Assembly (NCBI RefSeq): GCF_000143415.4
Contig: NW_003314270.1
Span: forward strand, 1,357,048 to 1,421,047
Direction: 5' to 3'
Source: Selaginella moellendorffii
Taxonomy: Eukaryota; Plantae; Lycopodiophyta
Length of the DNA: 64,000 bases
Position numbers and translations under genes: made by a program. Shown here piece by piece: positions 47,729-57,937 of this stretch. Under the pieces are notes generated by a model. It saw only the letters and a list, made by a program, of their open reading frames with translations. It ran no database searches and was not told the origin of the DNA. Within the stretch, counting starts at the first letter, position 1. Each line of letters opens with the position of its first letter.

Positions 47729-49512
47729 TTACAAAACCATTTTCTTCTTCTTGAGATCCAAAGAAACCATTTTCGAGAGTGGTATTCCCTCTTGCAATGC
47801 TGTTTGGATGGATGTTTGCATGGCAATCTCAAGAGAGATATCATCAGCTGAACGAACTCCAGCTATGTTGTGATACACAGACATTTGCGCTTCACCGCCC
47901 TGAAAGATAAAGGCATCACAGATTTTTTTAGCTGTTCTTTCGGTTTTTTTTTTCTGACTTGGAATGATTACCTGTGTGCAAGCTACATGCAATCTCTTAA
48001 CTTGATCTTTATCTCCTCTCATCTCGGCTCGAAATCGAAGCTCTTGCTCTGTTGAAACAACAAGAGATACAAACATAAAACCATACGTTAACTATCGCTT
48101 ACTGGTAACTTTGTCCAAAATAACCAGATGAGGATCAGCCGCATCCATGTTTGGTTCTCGTATTTCACTGGTAAAGCTTCCTAGCCAGACCACTCTTGTT
48201 GGCGAATTTCCCTGCCACAGCATTTCCTCTCTAGTATTGTTTAGATCTGCTACAAGACCATTACCTTTCTTGAAGCATACAACGCAAGCTCGTTCCTTGC
48301 TGGAGCTCCATTTTCTGTCGAGCATGTCGGCAATACGACGGCCCAGCTGTTTTCAATGTAATGTCAGAGACCGAAAAGCAATCTTCCTTGGCTGAGTGCT
48401 TACACTTTTTTGGAGACAAGCTTCTTGCTGCTTTTGGAGTTGTAAAGCTCACGCAAATATCCTCCGAAGTAGCAAACCCAATCCTGAAACCAGACTTGTG
48501 CAATTGATTTGAAAGCAAAGCGTGAAACATACCTCTATTATTCGTACCACTGCTATATGTTTCTTTTCTCTAGCTATGTCGAGAGGGGTTTGACCTTCAT
48601 CGTTCGCCACCAGAGAATCGGCTGCAAAGAAAGAAAATGAAGGAAGAAAGGAAGACTAGTTAGAAAGTTCAGCAAGCATTATAACTAAATTACGTTAGAC
48701 CTCCACAAGAAAGTAGCAAGGCCACTGTGTTGATAAGCCCAGAACTTGCAGCATGGTGCAAAGCGTATCTTCCCGCGGAACCTTTCAGATTTCGAAGAAT
48801 CAACTAACATCACACAAGCAAGGAAAACTTAACTTGTTGGAAGGCATCCCAATTTTATTAGCGTCAGTGCCATGCTGAAGAGATCTTCTCGGGTGCACGA
48901 AACCATGAGTGGAGTCATTCCTTCAGCATTTGTCCACTATGTTTGTTCTCACTAGTTAGAGCAAACAAATCACGAAAATACCTCCAATGAAGCACCATTC
49001 AAGGATAAAGATCTGACGAGTGGACAATCCCCCTTCTCAACAGCGTTAAGCAATTGCTTCTTCAAGTTCTCCTCTCGGAGTTTCTCTGCAGCCGCTCGAG
49101 ATTGTTCGTAAGAAATCTCTCCAAAACCCCGGCTCTCCTGTGACTCAGTCACGTCAGATCTTACAACATCAAAGTTCTATGATTACCTGATCACTGGAAG
49201 GAAGCCATTTTGCACGGATCCTTCTTTGACTAATTCCCTGCACAAACGATCTCCGGGACCGCCCGTGAGTGTGTTCGCTGGGGCCCCCTGTGCTATCGTC
49301 CTTGGCATTCTCATTTTTGCCAATCCAGGGCAATTTGCCCCCCGCCTCTACCTCCACCTCCATGAAATCTATCTCAGGATCACTCCTCCCGACGAAGAAG
49401 GATCTCCAGCGCCGTCGCGCAGCCCCCAGGCGACCGTCCGTGCTCTTCTGCATTCTGATCAACACAAGCCACCTAAGAATCCTCCGCCAAGGTCAGAGGA
49501 GCAATGATCTCA
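47729..49512 (-). pseudogene. XBAT34/35-like ankyrin-repeat protein gene, multi-exon, lacking the C-terminal RING; probably degenerate
   Basis: Ankyrin pieces LLNAVEKGDCPLVRSLSLNGASLE, GMTPLM, ALHHAASSG and NDEGQTPLDIAR. Middle region EPNMDAADPHLVILDK..RFRAEMRGDKDQVKRLHVAC and DDISLEIAMQTSIQTALQEG resemble XBAT34/35. Confidence 0.6.
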
Positions 49513-49889
49513 CCTGGGACGAGAATGACGATCAAACAGTGCCTAGCCCCGGGGCCCTAGAGAGAAACCCTATCGCCCCTAGAGCGCGCTTTAGGAGCGA
49601 TGGAAGAAGGAATGTGGAATGGTGGAAAGATAAAACAAACGCTCCTAGTGCTTTCAATTCACTGCCACCGTCAGATAAGCTCCAGCTATACCACGTGTGC
49701 GGCTGGAATTAACCGAGTTCAAAAAGATGGTGGCGGGTGATTTATAATGGAGCGCTGACGTAGGACCGCACTTGGGCAACGCGTCACGTCGCGTGTTCGA
49801 TTCCATCCAAGAAACTGGCAACTGCGCCACAGCGTTGCTTTGTTATGAAGCAACCTCTCGAGAGTCTCCCGTTGTTGTGGCCTTGGAAC

Positions 49890-49947
49890 TCCCGCCAAAC
49901 TAATTTAAATTTTCCAAATTCCCGCCAATCCAATGAGATTTCCCGCC
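49890..49947. promoter_or_regulatory. Cluster of three E2F-type sites with CCAAT boxes
   Basis: TCCCGCCAAA 49890-49899, ATTCCCGCC 49918-49926 and TTTCCCGCC 49939-49947 match the plant E2F consensus WTTSSCSS (the first on the minus strand). Confidence 0.6.
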
Positions 49948-50237
49948 ACTTTGGAGCTTAGGGTTCCAGACCAAGGTAGGGCTTTGAGGGTCGTGGCGGG
50001 GGGCGCGGGAGGGCGCGACTGTTGATCCATGGCGCAAAACGCCGCATTGACGCCATCGGCGCTCACAGGTAGCGATCTCGCCCTCACCACACCACGGAGT
50101 CGCTCGACGAGTTCAAGCGCGTCACGCCACAGCAGTCGCGCGAGGCCCGGCAGAACGCAGCTCGCAGGGAGCTCGCGACCAAGCGCACCAATTGGACAGC
50201 CGACAACCGCAAGCGCAGCATCTACCAGGGCACCGGC

Positions 50238-50895
50238 GTGCTCGTCGATCGGGAGCGCAGCAAATCGCGCTCGCGCTCGCGCTCGCCTGGCGAACACTTC
50301 CACTACGTCCACAATTGCTTCCTGGACTACAACCGCTACGTCGACACCGACTACGCGGATCTCTACTCCACCATCCCGGAGGAGGAGGAGGTGAACAACG
50401 TCAGCTCCGGATCGGGCGCTAGCAACATCTCTGGGATTGGCCCCGAGCTTTCCATGGCCAACACTTCGGTGGATGTGAAAGAGCTCCCCGCGTGCTACGT
50501 CTTCGTCGCGGACGTTCCAGGCCTCAAGAACAGCGACATCAAGGTTAGTACTCTCTAGGAAAAAAAATGATTTTGATCGGTTTTCTTGGTTGGTTCATTG
50601 CGGTGATCATCAATCATAGGTCCAAATCGAGAATGACAGCATCCTCAAGATCAGCGGCGAGCGCAAGCGCGAGGACGGGCCCAATGTGGACGTCAAGTAC
50701 GTGAGAGTGGAGCGAGCAGTGGGGAAGTTCATGAGGAAGTTCAATCTCCCGGCCAATGCCAATCTCGAGGCTGTGTCCGCGTCGTGCCAGGACGGTCTCC
50801 TCACCGTCACCGTGCCCAAAGTACCGCCGCCGGAGCCTCACAAGCCCAAGACGTTTGATGTCCAAGTCGCGACTGCCAGCGTCGGCCCAAAGTAG
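50238..50895 (+). CDS. Small heat-shock / alpha-crystallin-domain protein (class II/III-like); intron 50544-50619; start uncertain
   Basis: [30 protein letters not shown]|[17 protein letters not shown]...[49 protein letters not shown]. Confidence 0.9.
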
Positions 50896-51289
50896 AAGAT
50901 CCAAGAAAAGAAGTGGAGATTGGCAAGATTTCTACCAGATCATGAGAGTGAAAACGAGAAATGTTGGTAACATCACGCCAGGCAGAGAGAAATAAGCTTT
51001 GTAACTCCTTTCTAATGAAGCAAAAATTTCTATAATGGTCTTCACTGATCAATCAATCTATGATATGATATGGTAAGTTGCGAGTATTGGAAACCCATGC
51101 GACGAAAAGATTCGGGGATATTACTTCAGTTGAGCTCCGGACAGTAACTGCGCCACGTGGCGAGATGCGAGAGTTTGTTAACGGGATATCGGATTTCGCG
51201 GATCGGACCGGATCTGTATTACTCATTGTATATACTTTGTATTCGTTACTGTATAAAAGACTGCGCACGGAGGAGGGTATATTCTATCC

Positions 51290-54200
51290 ATGGCTTCTTC
51301 TCCAGCTTCCGATGATTTCATCTTCTTCCCCGAGAAGAAGCCACGGATCCACTACGACACGCTCGACAGCAGCCTCTTTAGCAGCGATCTCGATTTCGTG
51401 GGCGCCGCCACCGCCGATGACAGCCACTTCCTCTTCTGTGATGTGCCGCCATTCTCGCCCTCGTCGATCGGCGGCGGCGGAGGCGGCGGGGCGGTGGGCG
51501 GTGGCGGTGGCAGGCCGCGCAAGGATCCGTCTAGCGATCCAGTGTAAGTTCTTGCGATGGATCATCGCAGTTGAGCTGATGGCTGGAAATATTTTCTTTT
51601 GTGGCGCGGGCGCGAAGAACAGGTGGTTTGAATTTGGGGCTATTTGCGTGCCAATCGACGAGGGCGAGGGCAAAGAATTCCGGCTCCCGGGCTTCGATGT
51701 CGATGGCGGCGGCGGCGGCGGCGATCACAACCCGCTGGATCTCATCCGGGGCCAGCACAAGGCGCTGCTCGACGAGCTCGCGTAAGGATCTCTCGCGCCT
51801 TGGATTTTCTTCTTTTTCCCTCCCCTCCTATTGATCCACCATGGCCCGATCCAGGCTCAACGAAGCGCAGGGGCAAATGGCGACCATCGCCACGGAGCTG
51901 AGCGACAGGGTGGAGGTCAAAGTGTTCTTGAAGAAAGAACGCGGCGAGGAGCCGCTCGTCCTCAACGAAACGCTCCAGAGGATGTTCCCGGGGGATCTTT
52001 ACTTGCAGCAGAGCTTGGCCGAGGTGGAGGAGATGCGGCAGTGGGGTCGATCCAGCACCGACTGGATGTCCTTCTCGGGGCTCCTCCGCGACCTGGAGAA
52101 CAACGTCTACTGCGAGGCGGAGCAGCCCAGCGGATTGACGGTGCCGCTGCGCCCCTACCAGCTCCAATCTTTGCAGTTCATGCTCGACGCGGAGCAGCGA
52201 GAAGGCGGGCTCTTGAGCGTCAACTATCAAGAGCTCCATTGCCCACAAGATGGAAGCCAGTTGATGTACTCGTCATCGCTCGCGCACCTCATGGACTTCA
52301 AGGAAGGGGAGATCCGTGGGGGGTTTCTTTGCGAGGAGATGGGGCTTGGCAAAACTATCGAGGTACTAGCATCGTTTTTTGTTTTTTTTTTTTTTCCGGA
52401 GTAACATTTGATTTAGTTTGACAGATTCTAGCGCTCATTCTTGCAAATCCTTGCCCTGTTGATCGGTGTGACACACCTCTAACATCGCGAGGAACTTTAG
52501 GTGACTTCCATGTCAGATCATTCGTCTCGTGTAGCTTTCTTGTGTTTTATTTGTGTTGCTTTTTTCATCTCCAGTGGTTTGTCCGGTTTCGATTGTTGGA
52601 CAATGGGCGAACGAGGTGAAGAGCAAATTGGATCCGGCATGCAATCGCAGCATTTACATGTACCATGGTTCGAAAAGGATTCGTGATCCTAAGAAACTTG
52701 CGAAGTTTGATCTTGTATGTATGATCTTGAGAAAGAGTATGTTGATAAGCTTTGTTGTTTACATTTCTCAGGTAATCACGACGTATGCAACACTAGGAAG
52801 CGACTTCAGTAAAGCAACGCAGGCAACGCGGCATGGCTCAGATTTTGCGGAACAATTCTGTCCTCTTCTCAGCGTGGATTGGTGGAGAGTCGTCCTAGAT
52901 GAATCACACACAGTAAGTCTTGTAGTTCTTACAAAGTATACAGGCGTTCTCATCTTCGTTTTTGTTTTCTTTCTTTTTCGTTTTCCTTCTCTTTGTCTAA
53001 CAAGGTGAAAGATCCAGCTCCATTGCACTCCCGCGCCTGCACTAGGCTGAAAGCGAACCGCCGCTGGTGCTGTACAGGAACACCGATCAACACCAGCATA
53101 TACGATTTGTATGGCCAAGTAAGCAGCTACATTCGTGCAGTTACACATGCGTTACTGAATTTACTGATTTTATGTTTCGTAGTTCTTGTTCTTGAAGCTG
53201 GAACCTCTTGACAATAAGAACGTTTTTAGGAAAAAGATCGGGCGTCCGTACGAGCGGCACTGTAAGAACGACGACCAGACCGCATTGTTGTGGACGCTAA
53301 ACAAGGTACAAGATTCTTTAACGGTTGAGTTCTGAAGACGGGATTTATCATATAACAAAGGAACCAACACCAACATCTTCCATTAACGACACCCAAACCC
53401 CTGCCATCTTTCCTTCATAATCAGATTATGGTGAGGCACACCAAGCAGCAGAAGTTCAACGGGAGGGAGCTGCTGATGCTACCGCCCAAAACCGAGCAGG
53501 ATCTTCCTGTCACGTTCACTCCCGAGGAGCGGGCTGTCTACGATGCGGTGTACCAGAAGGTGATCACAAAGTTCGAGCAATTTCGATGTTGGGGCCCGAC
53601 AGTCGTGAGCAAGAACATCCTGCAGATAATGTCGCTCCTGCTACCACTTCGAAGGTGAGACTTTAAAGCTTGAAACCATGTCTGGTGTTGTTTACTAAGA
53701 ACTCCTCGTGACAGGCTCTGTAGCGGAGGCTTTGTGTCCAATGAAGAGCTTGTTCCCATGGAGAAAAAGGAGGCGGCTGGTGCTTTCGTTGATCCTAGCA
53801 TAGGATCACTGCCGGAGACGCATGGCATTGGCGAGTGTGGGATTTGCTCGGAATTGATGGAGTGCCCCACAAAAACACCATGCGGTCACTGGTATGTTTG
53901 AATCATGAAAAAAACTTATCTTTATAGCTCTTTTCTAACAGGTTCTGCTCGGAGTGCGTGATCTCGGTTCTTGGTGTAGGGATCCAACCTTGTCCAACAT
54001 GCTCCACTCCCATATCCGTGAACAACCTGAGGAATGCAGCTACTGTTTCTTCGCCTGCCACGGATATTCCTCCATTTGGAGCTGCTGGAGAAGGTGGCGA
54101 AGAAGAACCCGCCCCTGTGAAAGGTGTCCGGATGGAGTCCAAGTTGAGGACGCTGCTTGCGGATCTGGCTGCGATTAGAGCCGACAACAGTGGCGCCAAG

Positions 54201-55026
54201 GTGAATTTGACTCAAACTAGAGAACCTTGGTTACCGGGTGTTACTATTGCAGGTGTTGATCTTCAGCCAGTTCATGCAAACAGTCGCATGGCTCAAGTGT
54301 CAGTTCAAGAAGCAAGGAATCAACTATAGGTTCATCAGTGGGGACATGCCAATGAAGAAGCGAGCACAAGCCATCGAAGCTTTTCAAAAGGTTTGGATTG
54401 TTACGACAAGGAATTGGAACTGACTTAATGGAAACAGGAGTCTCCTACCACCGTCTTCTTGTTGTCGATACGAACCGGTGCCGTGGGCATAACACTCACG
54501 GCCGCTTCTCACGTTTACATGGTACGAGCATTCGATGTTCTTTGGATGATCCAACTAACGTTTCCTTGCTGCTTGCAGCTAGAACCATGCCTCAATCCAG
54601 CGGTAAGAGTTTTCATTCCTTCGCTGCCTCGCTCACGCGTCCAGCGTTTTCGTTGCTTCAGCTCGAAGAGCAGGCTGTGGGGCGGTGCTGGCGGATGGGC
54701 CAAGAACGCCCCGTTGTAATCAAAAGGTATTTCGCCATATCCACGAATCATTAGAAGTCTAATCTCCTCGCAGGCTCTACGTTGAGAACTCCGTGGAAGC
54801 CAACATTCTAAAGCTCTTCCGGAGTAGAAATTTCGGGAGCTCGGCTCTGTCGCCGGATGGAGAGAACCGGTGAGTAGAACAAGGCAGGAAGAATCTTCTC
54901 CACGATCTCTAATGGATGATTTCCAGAGGCTCCAAGACGGGCAAGGCTGGACTGGATGTCGCGGGATGCATTCGGACGGACAAGCAAAACCTCCGGCTAA
55001 ACGAGTTCGAGCTTCTCTTCTCGTAG
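51290..55026 (+). CDS. RAD5/RAD16-like SNF2 helicase-ATPase with inserted RING finger, multi-exon
   Basis: LRPYQ, GGFLCEEMGLGKTIE, VVCPVSIVGQW, ITTYATL, WWRVVLDESH, RWCCTGTPIN, RING (CGIC..TPCGH..CSEC..CPTC), ESKL, VLIFSQF, GAVGITLTAASHV, EEQAVGRCWRMGQ. Confidence 0.93.
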
Positions 55027-55121
55027 AAGAAAAGTATTCTTTAGTGTCACTGGAAAAATTCTATGTTCATACTTGGAATATTCCCGGTATCAAATCATTC
55101 CAAGAACCCTAATGTTCTGTG

Positions 55122-56543
55122 ATGCTCCTTTCCTCCTCTCCACAGTTCCAAAATCCAGAGCTCGGGCGCCAATTGGAGCACCACCATCGCCAGCAACTAC
55201 CACCGCAGCCACAAGCGCCGCCGCTGCCGCTGCCGCTGCCAACGCGCCCCGCCAGCGCCGCCGAGTATGGGCGGCTCCTCCAGGCGTGCACCGCCGCCCG
55301 CGACGGCGCTACCGGTAAGAAGATCCACCGCCTCATCCTCCACGCGCGCCTGGAGCAGCACATCCACCTCCGCATCAATCTCCTCCACATGTACCTCAAA
55401 TGCGGCTGCCTGGGCGAGGCGCGCGAGATCTTCGACAAGCTCTCCCGCCGCGTCACCAGCGTCACAATGTGGACCGCCATGATCGCCGCCTACACGCGCC
55501 ACCACCGCCCCGCCGCCGCCCTCGCGCTCTTCCGCGCCATGCTCCTCGCCGGCGTCCGCCCCAACAGCATCACCTTCGTGGACGTCCTCTCGATGTGCTC
55601 CTCCGCCGGGGCGGAGTTCCTGGCGCACGGGCGCTGGATCCACGGGCTCATCCGCGAGCTGGGCTTCCAGGAATCCAACGTGATCGTCGCCACCGCGCTG
55701 CTCAAGATGTACTCGCGCTGCGGCAGCCTGGACGACGCGAGGGCCGTCTTCTCCGCCATCGCAGCCAGGGACAAGGTGGCGTGGACGGCGATGATGGCGA
55801 TGCTGGCGCAGCACGCGCGCGCCGAGGACGCGCTCCGCCTGTGCCGCGCCATGCTCCTCGACGGCCAGGCGCTGGACGAGATCACTGCTATCACCGTGCT
55901 CTCGGCGTGCGCGGACGAGAGCGCGCTCCCCTACGGCGCCGCCATCGCCGCCGCCATCGCCCAGGCGGGCCTCGACGCCGATGTCCGCGTCGCCAACGCG
56001 CTCGTCCACATGTACGGCACCTGCGGGAGCCCCGCCGCCGCCGCCGCCACCTTCGCCACCATGGCGGCGCCCAACGTCATCTCCTGGACGGCGATCATCT
56101 CCGCCTGGGCGCGCGCCGGGGACGTCGAGCGCTCCTTCGATCTCTTCCGGGCGATGCAGCAGCACGGCGTGGAGCCCGACTCGGTGAGCTTCGTGTCGCT
56201 GCTGGCGGCGTGCAGCCACGCCGGGCTCACCGCCCAGGCGCTCGACTACTTCGCGGCCATGACGCAGGACCACGGCATCGCCGCCACGCCCGAGTGCCAC
56301 GGCTGCCTGCTGGATCTGCTGGGGCGGGCCGGGTGGCTGGACGCGGCGGAGGAGATGATCGCCACTCTCCCGGTGGAGCACCTCCAGTCGGACGCTCGGC
56401 TGTGGAGGGCGTACCTGGGAGCTTGCAAGACATTTGGCGATCGCGGGCGAGGGCAGCGCGCCGCTGGCCGGCTGCTGGATCTCCGCCCCGGCGATCCGGC
56501 GGGCTACGTCGAGCTCGCCAGCCTCTACAGGAAGAAATCATAG
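55122..56543 (+). CDS. PLS-class PPR protein with E-type C-terminus, intronless, very GC-rich
   Basis: YGRLLQAC, LLHMYLKCGCLGEAREIF, ACSHAGL, CLLDLLGRAGWLDAAEEMI, WRAYLGACK, YVELASLY. Confidence 0.93.
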   Translation: MLLSSSPQFQNPELGRQLEHHHRQQLPPQPQAPPLPLPLPTRPASAAEYGRLLQACTAARDGATGKKIHRLILHARLEQHIHLRINLLHMYLKCGCLGEAREIFDKLSRRVTSVTMWTAMIAAYTRHHRPAAALALFRAMLLAGVRPNSITFVDVLSMCSSAGAEFLAHGRWIHGLIRELGFQESNVIVATALLKMYSRCGSLDDARAVFSAIAARDKVAWTAMMAMLAQHARAEDALRLCRAMLLDGQALDEITAITVLSACADESALPYGAAIAAAIAQAGLDADVRVANALVHMYGTCGSPAAAAATFATMAAPNVISWTAIISAWARAGDVERSFDLFRAMQQHGVEPDSVSFVSLLAACSHAGLTAQALDYFAAMTQDHGIAATPECHGCLLDLLGRAGWLDAAEEMIATLPVEHLQSDARLWRAYLGACKTFGDRGRGQRAAGRLLDLRPGDPAGYVELASLYRKKS

Positions 56544-56778
56544 ACCTTCGTTCAAACCGGTGATTATTCTTGGGTATATTCATTACGTGATTATTCTAGA
56601 GTATATCCTTTACCGTACCTGTTACTCTTCTTGGTTGTGTATATCCTTTACCGTCCGGTGATTATTCTTGGGTATATCCATCAGATAAATATCCTAGAAT
56701 ACACACTTTGCAAACATCTTTCTCGCATTTCTTGGTTTCGGGATTACAAAACTTGCACAGTAGAAAGTGAGTGATCGA

Positions 56779-57616
56779 TCAGAAGATACGAACTGGCTTG
56801 CCCATTGTACTCTTCAAGTAAAGCACCCTCACCTGGAAACAATCGAAGTTAAGCCACGAGAAAAGAGAGAAGCGCTCCTACTACTTACGTTCTGCCAGTT
56901 CTTCTTGAGCAGCGAGACGAGGAAGTTAACGCTGAGCTGAACGTTCTGGAAGACCTGCTTCTCCTCCATCTCGATGTTGCCCACTGCTACTCCCATGCAC
57001 AAAACCTTTTTGAGCTGGAACTTGACCATGGCCTTGGTCTCGTTCAGCTTGCTCTCCAAGCTCTCCTGGTGCGACACCAGAGTGGGGAACTTGCCCGCCT
57101 TGTTGAGGCCCGGGCCGAGCAGCCGAGGGATGAGCTTGATCACCGCCTCAGAAGCCAGGAAAGCGTGGTACTTCTTTGCCAGCTTCTTCACGAGCTTCTT
57201 GTTCTTGTTCATCTTCTTCAGCCCCTCCAGATCCATGTAGTCCAGACCGATCTTCTCGGCCTGTGCAAAAAAGCAATGGACCAGTGATTCAATCCGGCAA
57301 CTAAAGGAGAGAGGGCGCTCAATCTTACCTCGCCTACATGCTGCGCATCACCGAGCATGCACACTCTCATCTTGGGCCGCGCAATGTGAGGCAGCTTCAC
57401 CGAGCCGCTGAAACGCTTGTCCTTCTGCGGGTCGTAGTTCTTGAGACCGATCTGGAGCTCGATCGTCTCGGGGAATTTGCGCTTCTTCTCCCGGCATTCC
57501 GTGAAGATCTGGGAGATGGCCTCCCGAAGAGAATCGGCCTGGAGCTTACTGCACACATCGACAAGAGCGAGAGTCAGGAGGGAAGAAACAGAGCGCGCAC
57601 ACGACGCTCACCTCAT
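56779..57616 (-). CDS. RPL10A: 60S ribosomal protein L10a (uL1), 4 exons
   Basis: MS|[11 protein letters not shown]...[28 protein letters not shown]...[13 protein letters not shown]...[11 protein letters not shown]|[17 protein letters not shown]. Telo-box-like TAGGGTT motifs at ~57646 and ~57672. Confidence 0.97.
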
Positions 57617-57937
57617 CGCGCCCCCGCCTCCGCCTCCGCCGCTGCTAGGGTTTCCTAGGAAGAAGAAGATTTAGGGTTCTAGGCCGTCCAGGACTTAGGG
57701 CATATGGCCACCGTTGGATGCCCAAAATCTGACGGTAGGGGTTACAGTGATAGAAGCTTAAGATAATGACAACCCTTATAAAAGAAATGTGCCCTAGAAC
57801 ACCTTTTATCTTACACGTTACTTTAGTAGGAAGAAAACACTATCCATTAACGGTTTTTGTTTCCTTTCCCACAATGGATCAGAAAAGAAATGCGTCTCCT
57901 TGCAGAGTTGCATGGCAACCTTTACACATTAATCACG

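Noticed and set aside
55197-56563. Long overlapping ORFs 55197..56381 (-) and 55400..56563 (+)
   Set aside because: Alternative-frame artefacts of the very GC-rich PPR gene.
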